From Octopus sinensis (lineage: Eukaryota), in contig NW_021835880.1 of assembly GCF_006345805.1 (NCBI RefSeq), positions 1 through 38,249 on the forward strand: a DNA stretch of 38,249 nt. The letters run 5' to 3'. The first letter of the stretch is position 1, and the number at the start of each line of letters is the position of its first letter. The notes beneath the pieces were generated by a model, which saw only the letters and a list, made by a program, of their open reading frames with translations, was not told the origin of the DNA and made no database searches. Made by a program: the position numbers and the translations under genes. Below are positions 12,668-22,749 of the stretch, piece by piece.

Positions 12668-12866
12668 TTAAAGAATTTGAATAGCATCTGTGCTCAACTC
12701 CATTTATTTACTTATACTATACAAATTACTGCACATTTACCCGGAATAGGTCGCTACATCCTTTTTAATTGCGTGAATTTTTCCACCCTGGAAACTGTTT
12801 ATTGAATTTTCCATGTTAACGGTAAACAAAAGATAATTCATTCATCCATTTACATATATATATATA

Positions 12867-12980
12867 TTCCGGGTTCAGTCCCACTGCGGATTGCCTTAGG
12901 CAAGAGCCGTCTATTATAGCCTCGGGCCTAATATACTCTTGTCAGTGGATTCGGTTGGCGGAAACTGAAAGAAGCCCATC

Positions 12981-13035
<55 letters not shown>

Positions 13036-13215
13036 TGTATGTATATTTATGTATTTGTGTGTACGCGCATGTGTGTGTGTGTGAGATCCATTGAATAAGT
13101 ACTAGGCTTACGAAGAATACGTCCTGAGGTCGATTTCTTCGACAGAGACCCATTAAGATGGTGCTCCAGCATGGCTGCACTCAAATGACTGAAACAAGTA
13201 AAAGAATAAAAGAAT
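12867..13215 (+). mobile_element. SINE family 2 with internal (TA)(TG) microsatellite and LINE-like tail
   Basis: ccgggttcagtcccactgcg head, gaaactgaaagaagccc, microsatellite, then ggtgctccagcatggc...tgactgaaacaagtaaaag. Confidence 0.8.
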
Positions 13216-13483
13216 ATATATACATATATATATACATACAAATGGCGGTGCCCCAGCATGGCCACAGCTCATTAGCTGAAACTGGAAAAATCAAAAAAAA
13301 AAAAATCATATATGTGTGAGTGTATGTGTATGCGTGTGTGTGCGTGCGTGTAAAGATGGGTTGATATTTAGACAGAGAGACAGACAGACGATCACACAAA
13401 CACGTGTGCTGCCAGCATGGAACGCACTTTCAGGTATCTGTCACGTGGTCTTTGTTTTATTTGCCACTTCATTGGTTGAATCT

Positions 13484-13614
13484 TTAGCCATTAGACATGC
13501 GCAACGTAAATACTATTATCAATATTGTTAATCCAGGTGTTCGAGGGTGTATGGCGGACACAGCGGACCCTACGGAACTGCACAAATGTCCTTTTTGTTG
13601 TACCTTTCCTTTAT
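13484..13614 (-). CDS. Candidate terminal exon of the host gene with a hydrophobic C-terminal tail (GPI-signal or TM-like)
   Basis: Acceptor ctttgtattag|, phase 1, gives (D)KGKVQQKGHLCSSVGSAVSAIHPRTPGLTILIIVFTLRMSNG*, and AATAAA lies at 13456-13461 on the minus strand. An alternative phase-2 acceptor ttgtgcag| lies inside. Manual prediction. Confidence 0.35.
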
Positions 13615-13701
13615 CTAATACAAAGTTTACTTTAGTATACTGTATCATATCTATCTATCTATCAGTCTATCTGTTTGTCGTCTGTCTGTCTGTCTCTGTG
13701 T

Positions 13702-13757
<56 letters not shown>

Positions 13758-13846
13758 GTGAATACGTGTATATATATATTTCTCTACATGAATTTGAACG
13801 TCTTTGAATAATAACATCTGTATGCCAATTTTTTCTATTTTCTTCC

Positions 13847-13881
<35 letters not shown>

Positions 13882-14478
13882 TGATAAAACGGTAAGATAA
13901 CAAAAGAAAGAAAGGACCTCAATATTATGTAAATAGAGGAATTTATCTACACAATATGTTACATTACTCGGTAGTCAAGATAAAACTCTGAGTTTCAGAT
14001 GCCGAAGTGGAAATCCACAACACCATCTCTTCGGTTATCTGGCTATTTGAAAACGTTATGAAAAAAATACCGTTAAAAATGAAGGGAAATTACTCTGTTA
14101 TAACTCTGCTTTGCCTGCGTACTTATACATCGCTCGCATTTTTCGTCATAAAAATTATATAAAAATACATAAAAATATATAAAAATATATAAAAATATAT
14201 CAAATCTTCTTGGGACATAACACAGAAAGCATGTTCTATCCGTTTTCTTTAGGGGACCAAAAACGAACAGAAATTTAGTCACATGTGGGCATGATCCGAA
14301 AAGCTCTGTCCTTGTATTTAGACATGTGGTAGGGTCTAAGCTGCTTTTCCAGATAAGCCATCTCTCCATGTCGCATAAACCGCACCTTCCGCTGCCGTTA
14401 GTGTAGGGCTTACATCTGGCCAAAATCTTCCATTGTATGTTATAATCGACACCTTTATCTCAGAGTAATGTAACATAT
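13882..14478 (-). mobile_element. 5'-truncated Penelope-like element: GIY-YIG C-terminus plus LTR-like 3' part
   Basis: ARCKPYTNGSGRCGLCDMERWLI...LNTRTELFGSCPH resembles the PY....C.LC..EK..I...LN.R.EL...C.H end of PLE endonucleases. A hammerhead-like motif lies downstream, and there is a 16-bp inverted repeat at 13954-13969/14463-14478. Confidence 0.75.
13979..14039 (-). ncRNA. Hammerhead-like motif, variant core CCGAAGA
   Basis: GAUAA CCGAAGA GAUG..CAUC U GAAA CUC A GAG UU UUAUC: perfect 5-bp stem I, near-palindromic stem III, U4C change and an extra U before GAAA. Confidence 0.55.
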
Positions 14479-14631
14479 ATATATATATATATAAATAAGG
14501 ATAAGATCGTTAATTTAAAATAAATAGCGATCTTATCAAGTGGCCAGCATGGAAAAATAACCTTCAAAGGTAATAATTATTAAAATTATAATTAGGGTAT
14601 GGTGGTATCTCGTAGATACCCTAATTTATAA

Positions 14632-14673
<42 letters not shown>

Positions 14674-14813
14674 TATATATATATAAGTATGTAAATGAAT
14701 AAGTATATATATATAGTTAATCCAAACAAGAAAGCACAAAAAACACAACAGCGCGAGGTGGTTGGAACAAATATAGTATTATGGGACGCTCAGGAAAGAA
14801 GGAAAGAAGGAGG

Positions 14814-14848
14814 GTTTAACGTTTCGAGCGGAGCTCTTCGTCGGAAAC
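14814..14848 (-). ncRNA. Minimal hammerhead-like motif, variant core CCGACGA
   Basis: GUUU CCGACGA A GAGC UCC GCUC GAAAC GUU AAAC, inside a roughly 230-bp (TA)n-flanked segment. Confidence 0.65.
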
Positions 14849-14928
14849 ATAGGAGATAGAAAGATCCAGAGAAGGGAAGATAGAGGAAAAAATCGCTAAC
14901 GGTACACACGCGGTCACACACACACAAT

Positions 14929-15010
<82 letters not shown>

Positions 15011-15112
15011 ATATATACATATATGTATATACATATACGTATATGTAAATATTATATGTATATGTATATACAATTAGTATATGTATATACATATGTCTAT
15101 ATACATATGTAC

Positions 15113-15151
<39 letters not shown>

Positions 15152-15388
15152 TATATTATATATATATATGAGAAAAGGAAGAATATAGAAAAAATTGACA
15201 TACAGATGTTATTTATTCAATTCATGTAGAGAAATTCCTGTATACCCAATTGAAACCAGTCAATTGGGTATTTCTTCATGGAAAATTTCCAAAAGGAAGT
15301 TACTTCTCAACTTGTAGGCTAACCTACGACAAACTCAGATGCGTGTGTTTTCTTTAATGCAAGCGTTCCTTAGAAAACAGTTATTACC

Positions 15389-15456
<68 letters not shown>

Positions 15457-15809
15457 ATGTGTGTGTGTGGTGGTGTATAAACACATTCATCATATTTGTA
15501 TTCGTGCAAATATGATACATAGCAGTTCTTTGATGGTGGTTGGTTGTTAAAAAGACACACACACATATATATGTATGTAAGTATGTATGTATTTTGTATG
15601 TATGTATGTATGTATGTATGTATGTATGTATGTATGTATGTATGTATGTATGTATGTATGTATGTATGTATGTATGTATGTTTTTTCGCACGTACGTATG
15701 TATGTATTTACATATATAAAGGGAAAGTTTACGAAAATAAACAAAAGACGAAGGCAGGTGGTGTACAAACAAACAAATGTATTAGTATAGCGGTCAGGAA
15801 TAGAAAAGT

Positions 15810-15845
15810 CTTTTACATTTCGAGTCTACGCTCTTCGACAGAAAG
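15810..15845 (-). ncRNA. Degenerate minimal hammerhead-like motif (CUGUCGA)
   Basis: CUUU CUGUCGA A GAGC GUAG ACUC GAAAU GUA AAAG: stem I intact, with A6U and other mismatches. Confidence 0.5.
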
Positions 15846-16199
15846 ATACACAGAAAAAAAAACAAGGAGAGAAACAAGGAGAGAAAAAAATGTATGTAGT
15901 AACTAACGATCTATCATGGCGTCTGACATATGCTCTATTATCTCATAGTTACAACTGAATCGACTCGGCTTCTTTTTTACAGAGTAAAATATTTAATGTC
16001 CATACAACGTCCTGAAGAGGAATTCTGCTCTTTATCCTATCGTACAAGTATCTGTCAGCATCTATATGTGTATAAGCCGCTTTAGAGTCGATGGTGTAAC
16101 TGAATACGTTTACGAAACAGCTGTAATTAAAATGAAGAAACCGAATAAATATTTTTATCCCTCACTTTTCTTGAATTTTATCCATTAAATTTGTGCGTG

Positions 16200-16237
16200 T
16201 GTCTGTTTGTCTATCTATCTATCTATCTATCTATCTA

Positions 16238-16295
<58 letters not shown>

Positions 16296-16584
16296 ACTAT
16301 CTATCTATCTATCTATCTATCTATCTGTCTATCTGTCTATCTATTTATATATATGTGTATGTCTGTGTGTTTGCAGGGTATATATGTGTGTTTGCAAACG
16401 CACTCACATGTACACACTACAGAAAACGGTTTTGTGCGTGCGCGCACGCGAAATTAGATGTTACGGATTCGCAAACAGTAAGCATGGTTTAATGTGCGTG
16501 TGTACGCGTCTGTATGTTTCTGCATGCATACATATACGTGTGTGTGTATGTGTGGGGGTGCATACATGCATAAATATATAGATG

Positions 16585-16617
<33 letters not shown>

Positions 16618-16660
16618 GCATACATGTATATATTATATATAATATATATATATATATATG

Positions 16661-16759
<99 letters not shown>

Positions 16760-16814
16760 ATATATAGATGTATGTATATGTGTATATATATATATTGTAT
16801 ATATGCATGTGTGT

Positions 16815-16849
<35 letters not shown>

Positions 16850-16886
16850 ATATATGTATATTTGTATATGTCTATATAAATATTAT

Positions 16887-16923
<37 letters not shown>

Positions 16924-16950
16924 ATCATATATATATATATATATATGTTG
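16200..16950. repeat. (TATC)n and long degenerate (TA)n/(TG)n arrays
   Basis: Direct reading; the YIYI ORFs are artefacts. Confidence 0.9.
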
Positions 16951-17191
16951 TAATATCTTTAGTTGTATCAGTGTTGCTATGTAATCATATTTTACTATTT
17001 ACCAAATAAACTTTTATTTATTTATTTATTTATTTATTTATTCATTTATTTATTTATTTATCTATTCCGTCTCTAAACCTTACGAGTTTATTTATTCATT
17101 CAATCACCCGTTCAGCATTAGCCATTCTCTTCTTTACAGTGCAGTTTCCTTTACACTCCATTGTCTCAATTCGGACGCGAACACCATGACG

Positions 17192-17242
17192 TCAGCGAAG
17201 CAATGACCTTGAATTCAGATCGTTTCCATTGCTGAGAACTTC
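17192..17242 (-). CDS. Candidate host-gene exon (alternative end of the model)
   Basis: Acceptor ctcaatttcag|g, phase 0, gives EVLSNGNDLNSRSLLR*. This follows the phase-0 donor at 21156. Confidence 0.25.
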   Translation of the reverse strand, partial: EVLSNGNDLNSRSLLR

Positions 17243-17419
17243 CTGAAATTGAGGCGAATTATCTCCCCATTAGACACCTGCTTCCGGTTTGTGTGCAATG
17301 CACCACATACAAAGACGTAGTCACAGATCCATTAAGTTTACAGAAGAGAATAGACGGGAAGCGAAAGGGTGGGGGGGAGTTGAAAAAAAAATCATAATAT
17401 AATGCATTAAGCCGAACGA

Positions 17420-17448
17420 AATAATATCGATGATGATGATGGTTGTTG

Positions 17449-17486
<38 letters not shown>

Positions 17487-17956
17487 GGTGGTGGTGGTGG
17501 TGGTGGTGACGGTGACGATGATGAAGTTGATGATGATGATGATGATGAGGAGGAGGAGGAGGAGGAGGATGACGCAGAAGAATAAGAAGGTGATGATGAT
17601 GATGACGACGAGGGCGACGGTGGTGATGGTGATGATGATGATGATGATGGTGATGGTGGTGGTGGTGGTGGTGGTGGTGGTGGTGTGGTGGTGGTGGTTG
17701 GTGGTGGTGTGGTGACGGTGGTTGTGTTGATAATGATGCGGAAGATGATGACAACGACATTGATGATGATGATAATGATGAGGATGAGGATGAGGATGAT
17801 GAGGATGAGGAGGATGAGGATGAGGAGGATTATGATGATGATTAATGATGATGCTAAGATGATGATCACGACAGCAGCAATGTTGTTAATGACGTTGACA
17901 ATGATGATGACAATGATGATTATGATAATGATGATGACGATGATAAGGATGACGAC

Positions 17957-18037
<81 letters not shown>

Positions 18038-18240
18038 TGATGACGATAATGATGATGATGATGGCGACGACGACGATGATGTTGTTAATGAAGATTAGGA
18101 GGAGGAAGAGGATGACGATGACGATGATGTTAATGATGACGGTGATGCTGATGACGACGACAGAGACAATGATGATAATGACAATGATCAATAACACAAT
18201 AGTACAATGAATGATTATTGTAATAACACAACCGATACAA
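17420..18240. repeat. Compound trinucleotide array (GTT, GGT, GAT, GAG)
   Basis: Direct reading of the sequence. Confidence 0.92.
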
Positions 18241-18506
18241 AATTAATGAATATGACGTGTATGCATGTGTGTGTGTGTACATACATACATACATCCACAT
18301 ATATATATATATATATTATATATATATATTACATACATACTATATATATATATATATACATGCATCTGCATACGCACACATACACAGACATATATATATA
18401 TATATATATATATAAATGCATGTGCGTGTATACATATATATATAATATATATATATATTATATATACATATATATGTGTGTGTGTGTGCGCATTGTGTAT
18501 GTGTTA

Positions 18507-18600
<94 letters not shown>

Positions 18601-19337
18601 TATATACCCAAACGCTAAACGTGCGCGCGCACATATACACCACACACTCGCAAGCACGCATGCGCACGCACACACACACGTTCACACCGGCAGCTCTCAC
18701 CGAGAACGGGTCCACGGACGTTATGCGTTGTACACAATGCTCTTCCGGTTTCGTGCTGTCAATGCAGCATTAACACAAAGACAAAAGACAAAAGGCTTTT
18801 AATGTGCGAAGGGGTGGGGGAGAGTGAGTTGGTGAGAGGGAGGGGCGGAAAGGTGGGTGGGGGTGCGCGGATAGGGGGTGCGGGTGCGGTTGGCAGGGGA
18901 GGGGTTGGATGTGTTATCGAAAGGGATCGTAATTATGATGACAGCGTCAATGATATGGCGGCCGTCAACATGACGGTGATGGTGATGATGCTGATGATGA
19001 TGAGGGGGGGATGGCGGAAGAGGAGAAGGAGGAGGAGAAAGACAAGTAATCATAGTTGTGGTGGTGGTGATGGTGATGGTGGTGGCGGCAGTGATAACAG
19101 TGGTGGTGGTGCGTGTGGTGGAGGTGGTGTCGGCAGTAGGGGTGGTGGTGGTGGTGATGGGTATCTTCATGCTGATTGAGACATCAAACAGCGTCGTTAC
19201 GTTTGCTGCTGCTGCTGCTGCTGCCGCTGCTACATTTACGACTGCTACTATCACTGCTGTTGCTGCTGCTGCTGTTAGTAGTAGTGGGAGTTTAATTACA
19301 ATAGTGGTGCTAATGACGGTATGTTTGTATTTCTGAA

Positions 19338-19751
19338 GGCGGCGAGCTGGCAGAAACGTTAGCACGCCGGGCCAAATGCGCAGCCATATTTCGTCTGCCG
19401 TTACGTTCTGAGCTCAAATTCCGCCGAGGTCGACTTTGCCTTTCATCCTTTCGGGGTCGATAAATGAAGTACCAGTTCCGCACTGGGGACGATGTAATCG
19501 ACTTAATACCTATGTCTGTCCTTATTTGTCCCCTCTGTATTTAGCCCCTTGTGGGTAATAAAGAAATAGGTATTTCGTCTGCGTTACGTTGTGAGTTCAA
19601 ATTCCACCGAGGTCGACTTTGCCTTTCATCCTTTCGGGGTCGATAAACGAAGTACCAGTTCCGCACTGTGGTCGATGTAATCGACTTTATACCTATGTCT
19701 ATCCTTGTTTGTCCCCTCTATGTTTAGCCCCTTGTGGGTAATAAAGAAATA
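19338..19751 (+). mobile_element. SINE family 1 head-body-body dimer with 18-bp target site duplication
   Basis: Head GGCGGCGAGCTGGCAGAAACGTTAGC, then a body unit of about 184 bp repeated (second starts at 19569). GGTATGTTTGTATTTCTG occurs at 19318-19335 and 19752-19769. Confidence 0.9.
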
Positions 19752-19927
19752 GGTATGTTTGTATTTCTGGTGGTGGAGGAGGCTCAGGTGTTGGTGTCGA
19801 TGTTGTTTAACCCAAGTTCAAACCTGATTCACCGGCCCTGAGATCAAATGAATTCCAGCGATACACATCCTATCTTTTAGGGGTGGGGGGTATCGATGAC
19901 AACATTTACAGCTTTTCTTCTTTTCTC

Positions 19928-20114
19928 TTTTACATGTTTCAGTCATTTGACTGCGGCCATGCTGGAGCACCACCTTTAATCGAACAAACTGACCCAACGA
20001 CATATTCTTTGTAACCTTAGTGGTTATTCTATCGGTTTCTTTTGCTGAACCGCCAACTTAAGGGGCCGTAAACACACCAACACCGATTTCAAGCGATGAC
20101 ACAAATATACAAAT

Positions 20115-20152
<38 letters not shown>

Positions 20153-20253
20153 GTACGTATGTATATATATATATATGTGTGTGTATGTGTGTGTGTGTGT
20201 GTATGTGTATATATATATATGTGTGTGTGCGTATATATATGTGTGTATATATA

Positions 20254-20334
<81 letters not shown>

Positions 20335-20475
20335 GACGGGCTTCTTTGAGTTTCCGTCTACCAAATCCACTCACAATGTGTTAGTCAGCCCGAGGCTATA
20401 GTAGAAAACACTTGCCCAAGGTTCCACGCAGTGGAACTGAACCCGAAACGATGTGCTTGGGAAGCAAGCTTCTCT
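19928..20475 (-). mobile_element. SINE family 2, near full length, internal (CA)/(TA) expansion
   Basis: Reverse complement of the 20590-20995 copy. Confidence 0.85.
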
Positions 20476-20589
20476 ATTTCATAACTTGGCTATGGAAGCC
20501 GTAGAAAGATGGGACAAACAAGAACTGACAAACACAGAGGGTGAAGAAGTTGTTTATTACGAATGAAAATGTTTCGAATGAGTTGGAGT

Positions 20590-20760
20590 GGCTGTCTGGT
20601 AAGTGGGTTGCTTATCAACCACATGGTTCCGGGTTCAGACCCACTGCGTGCCACCATGGGCAAGTGTCTTCTACTACAGCCTCGGGTCGACCTAAGCCTT
20701 GTGAGTGAATTTGGTAGACGCAAACTCAAAGAAGCCCGTCGTATATATATATATATAATA

Positions 20761-20798
<38 letters not shown>

Positions 20799-20995
20799 TT
20801 GTGTGTCTTTGTTTGTCCCCCCCACGACATCGCTTGACAACCGATGCAGGTGTGTTTACGTCCCCGTAACTTAGCGGTTCGGCAAAAGAGACCGATAGAG
20901 TAAGTACTAGGCTAACAAAGAATAAGTCTTTAATTCGATTTGCGCGACTAAATGCGGTGCTCCAGCATGGCCACAGTCAAATAACTGAAACACGT
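20590..20995 (+). mobile_element. SINE family 2, near full length (tRNA-like head, core, internal microsatellite, LINE-like tail)
   Basis: tggtaag...ccgggttcagacccactgcg (B-box-like), atgggcaagtgtcttct, (TA)(TG), then gcggtgctccagcatggccacagtcaaataactgaaac. Confidence 0.88.
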
Positions 20996-21155
20996 AAAGG
21001 GTAAATATAAATGTCATGCTATTAAAAATATCCTCTCTTTCTTTTTCTTTTTAAATTTCAATTTAAACTTGATGATCATTGCAAATTTGTGTGACTGAAG
21101 GGAAGACATCCAACCGCCAGGTTCAAGCTATACTTTTCCTTCTGGTCCCACTTAC

Positions 21156-21264
21156 CTGGTTCCAGTACTCCGCTAAAAAATCCAATCGAATAAACAAATG
21201 CCAAATAACTACACGCATTTCACTATTTCCCGGAATACCGGGAAATAAAATAGTCCAGCACAGC
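21156..21264 (-). CDS. Candidate internal host-gene exon
   Basis: Strong acceptor cctgtttgcag|g and donor CAG|GTAAGT. It is open only in phase 2 (LCWTILFPGIPGNSEMRVVIWHLFIRLDFLAEYWNQ). An internal acceptor ttttttag| would instead give a 17-nt microexon at 21156-21172. Confidence 0.4.
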
Positions 21265-21411
21265 CTGCAAACAGGCAACAGTTCAAAATAACAATTTTCA
21301 ACAAAATTTTACAATAAATATCAAAGATTCAGCAATCAGAGTGATAACTCACAACACAGAAAATATCTTGACCGAATCTTCAAACCACGCCTGCGCCTAT
21401 ATCTCTTTTAC

Positions 21412-21800
21412 TCATTTACTTGTTTCAGTCATTTGACTGCGGCCATGCTGGAGCACCGCCTTTAGTCGGGCAAATCGACCCCGGGACTTATTCTTTGTAA
21501 GCCCAGTACTTATTCTATCGGTCTCTTTTTGCCGAATCGCTAAGTGACGGAGACGTAAACACACCAGCATCGATTGTCAAGCAATGCTAGGGGGACAAAC
21601 ACAGACACACAAACACACACACACATACATATATATACATATATACGACGGGCTTCTTTCAGTTTCCGTCTACCAAATCCACTCACAAGGCATTGGTCGG
21701 TCCGGGACTATAGCAGAAGACACTTGCCCAAGATGCCACGCAGTGAGACTGAACCCGGAACCATGTGGTTGGTTAGCAAGCTACTTATCACACAGCCACT
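21412..21800 (-). mobile_element. SINE family 2, near full length
   Basis: Reverse complement of the 20590-20995 copy. Confidence 0.88.
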
Positions 21801-21932
21801 CGTATACTTTTTTTAAAGACAGGGGCTCGTGTTGGTGTGACCCGGCAACTCGAAGCATTGTTCCCGGGTAAAACATGTATGTATGTATGTATGTATGTAT
21901 GTATGTATGTATGTATTATGTATTATGTATAT

Positions 21933-22455
21933 GTCAGGTCACTTTCGAGTGCTACTGGTAACATGTAATCCAGTACAACCTGTTGCATGGTCGGGTCGTC
22001 GGCGACTAAACCGGCAACCCCACCAAGCTTGCTTGGTGAGGAGGGTGTTTATTGGACACCCTGCGGGATAAAAAACAAAACCGGTCAAAGGGTGGATGAA
22101 CTCTTGAGAGTCAACGACAATCCAACATATGTCTTAAGGCTGTATCATGCGCGGGGACATAGAAGTAATCGGACTGAATACCCGATCGCGCGGTTAAACC
22201 ATTGGGAGTGAAGGACTCCCAGCCTTTGTTAGGGCATCCTTCTAGGAGAAGGTAACTCAGGTAACTGGGATGACTCCGGCATAAAACCTGCGGTTCAGTG
22301 GTTGCCGATGATGTTGACTTGTCCTTCTTTTTGGATTATGCCTGCTGTTATTAGTAAGTGGGATTGACTCAGTGCACAGCCTTTCCTCTGCACGATAACA
22401 ACATTGATTAAGCTTCGTGCAATGGCCATACTCGATAACGAGGGGGCAGCCACCA
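21933..22455 (+). other. Hairpin-rich non-coding element between (ATGT)n tracts, resembling a LINE 5' UTR
   Basis: Several perfect hairpins, one with a UUCG tetraloop. The GGAGAAGGTAACTC...TAAAACC segment recalls RTE-type 5' UTRs (from memory). No convincing ORF. Confidence 0.5.
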
Positions 22456-22749
22456 TTATGTATGTACGTAAATATGTATATATATATGTATGTATCACTG
22501 TATTATGTATGTATGTATTATGTATGTATTTATGTATGCATGTATGTATGCATGTATGTATTATATATTTATGTATGTATGTATGTAAGTATGTATGCAT
22601 GTATTTATGTATGTATGACTGTATTATGTATGTATATATGTATTTATGTATGCATGCATGCATCTATGTATGTATGTATTTATGTATGCATGCATGCATG
22701 TTTGTTTGTATGTATGAATGTATGAATGTATGAATGTATGTATGCATGT

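Noticed and set aside
15980-16075. Plus-strand acceptor-like sites (also at about 2928, 13535 and 17139)
   Set aside because: Frames close quickly and do not chain in phase; such sites arise by chance in AT-rich DNA.
16191-18773. YIYI, VCVC, poly-His, poly-Met and poly-Val ORFs here and elsewhere in the window
   Set aside because: All map onto di-, tri- or tetranucleotide microsatellites.
18735-18775. TGCTG/CAGCA hairpin followed by GAAACCGG on the minus strand
   Set aside because: No CUGANGA-like core and no stem I.
19338-19430. tRNA gene call for SINE heads
   Set aside because: Only A/B-box-like motifs with no full cloverleaf, followed by SINE body in several copies.
21990-22050. Twister or canonical HDV ribozyme call
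   Set aside because: The twister UAA/AAGC nucleotides and the 7-nt HDV L3 could not be placed; kept only as an unnamed structured RNA.
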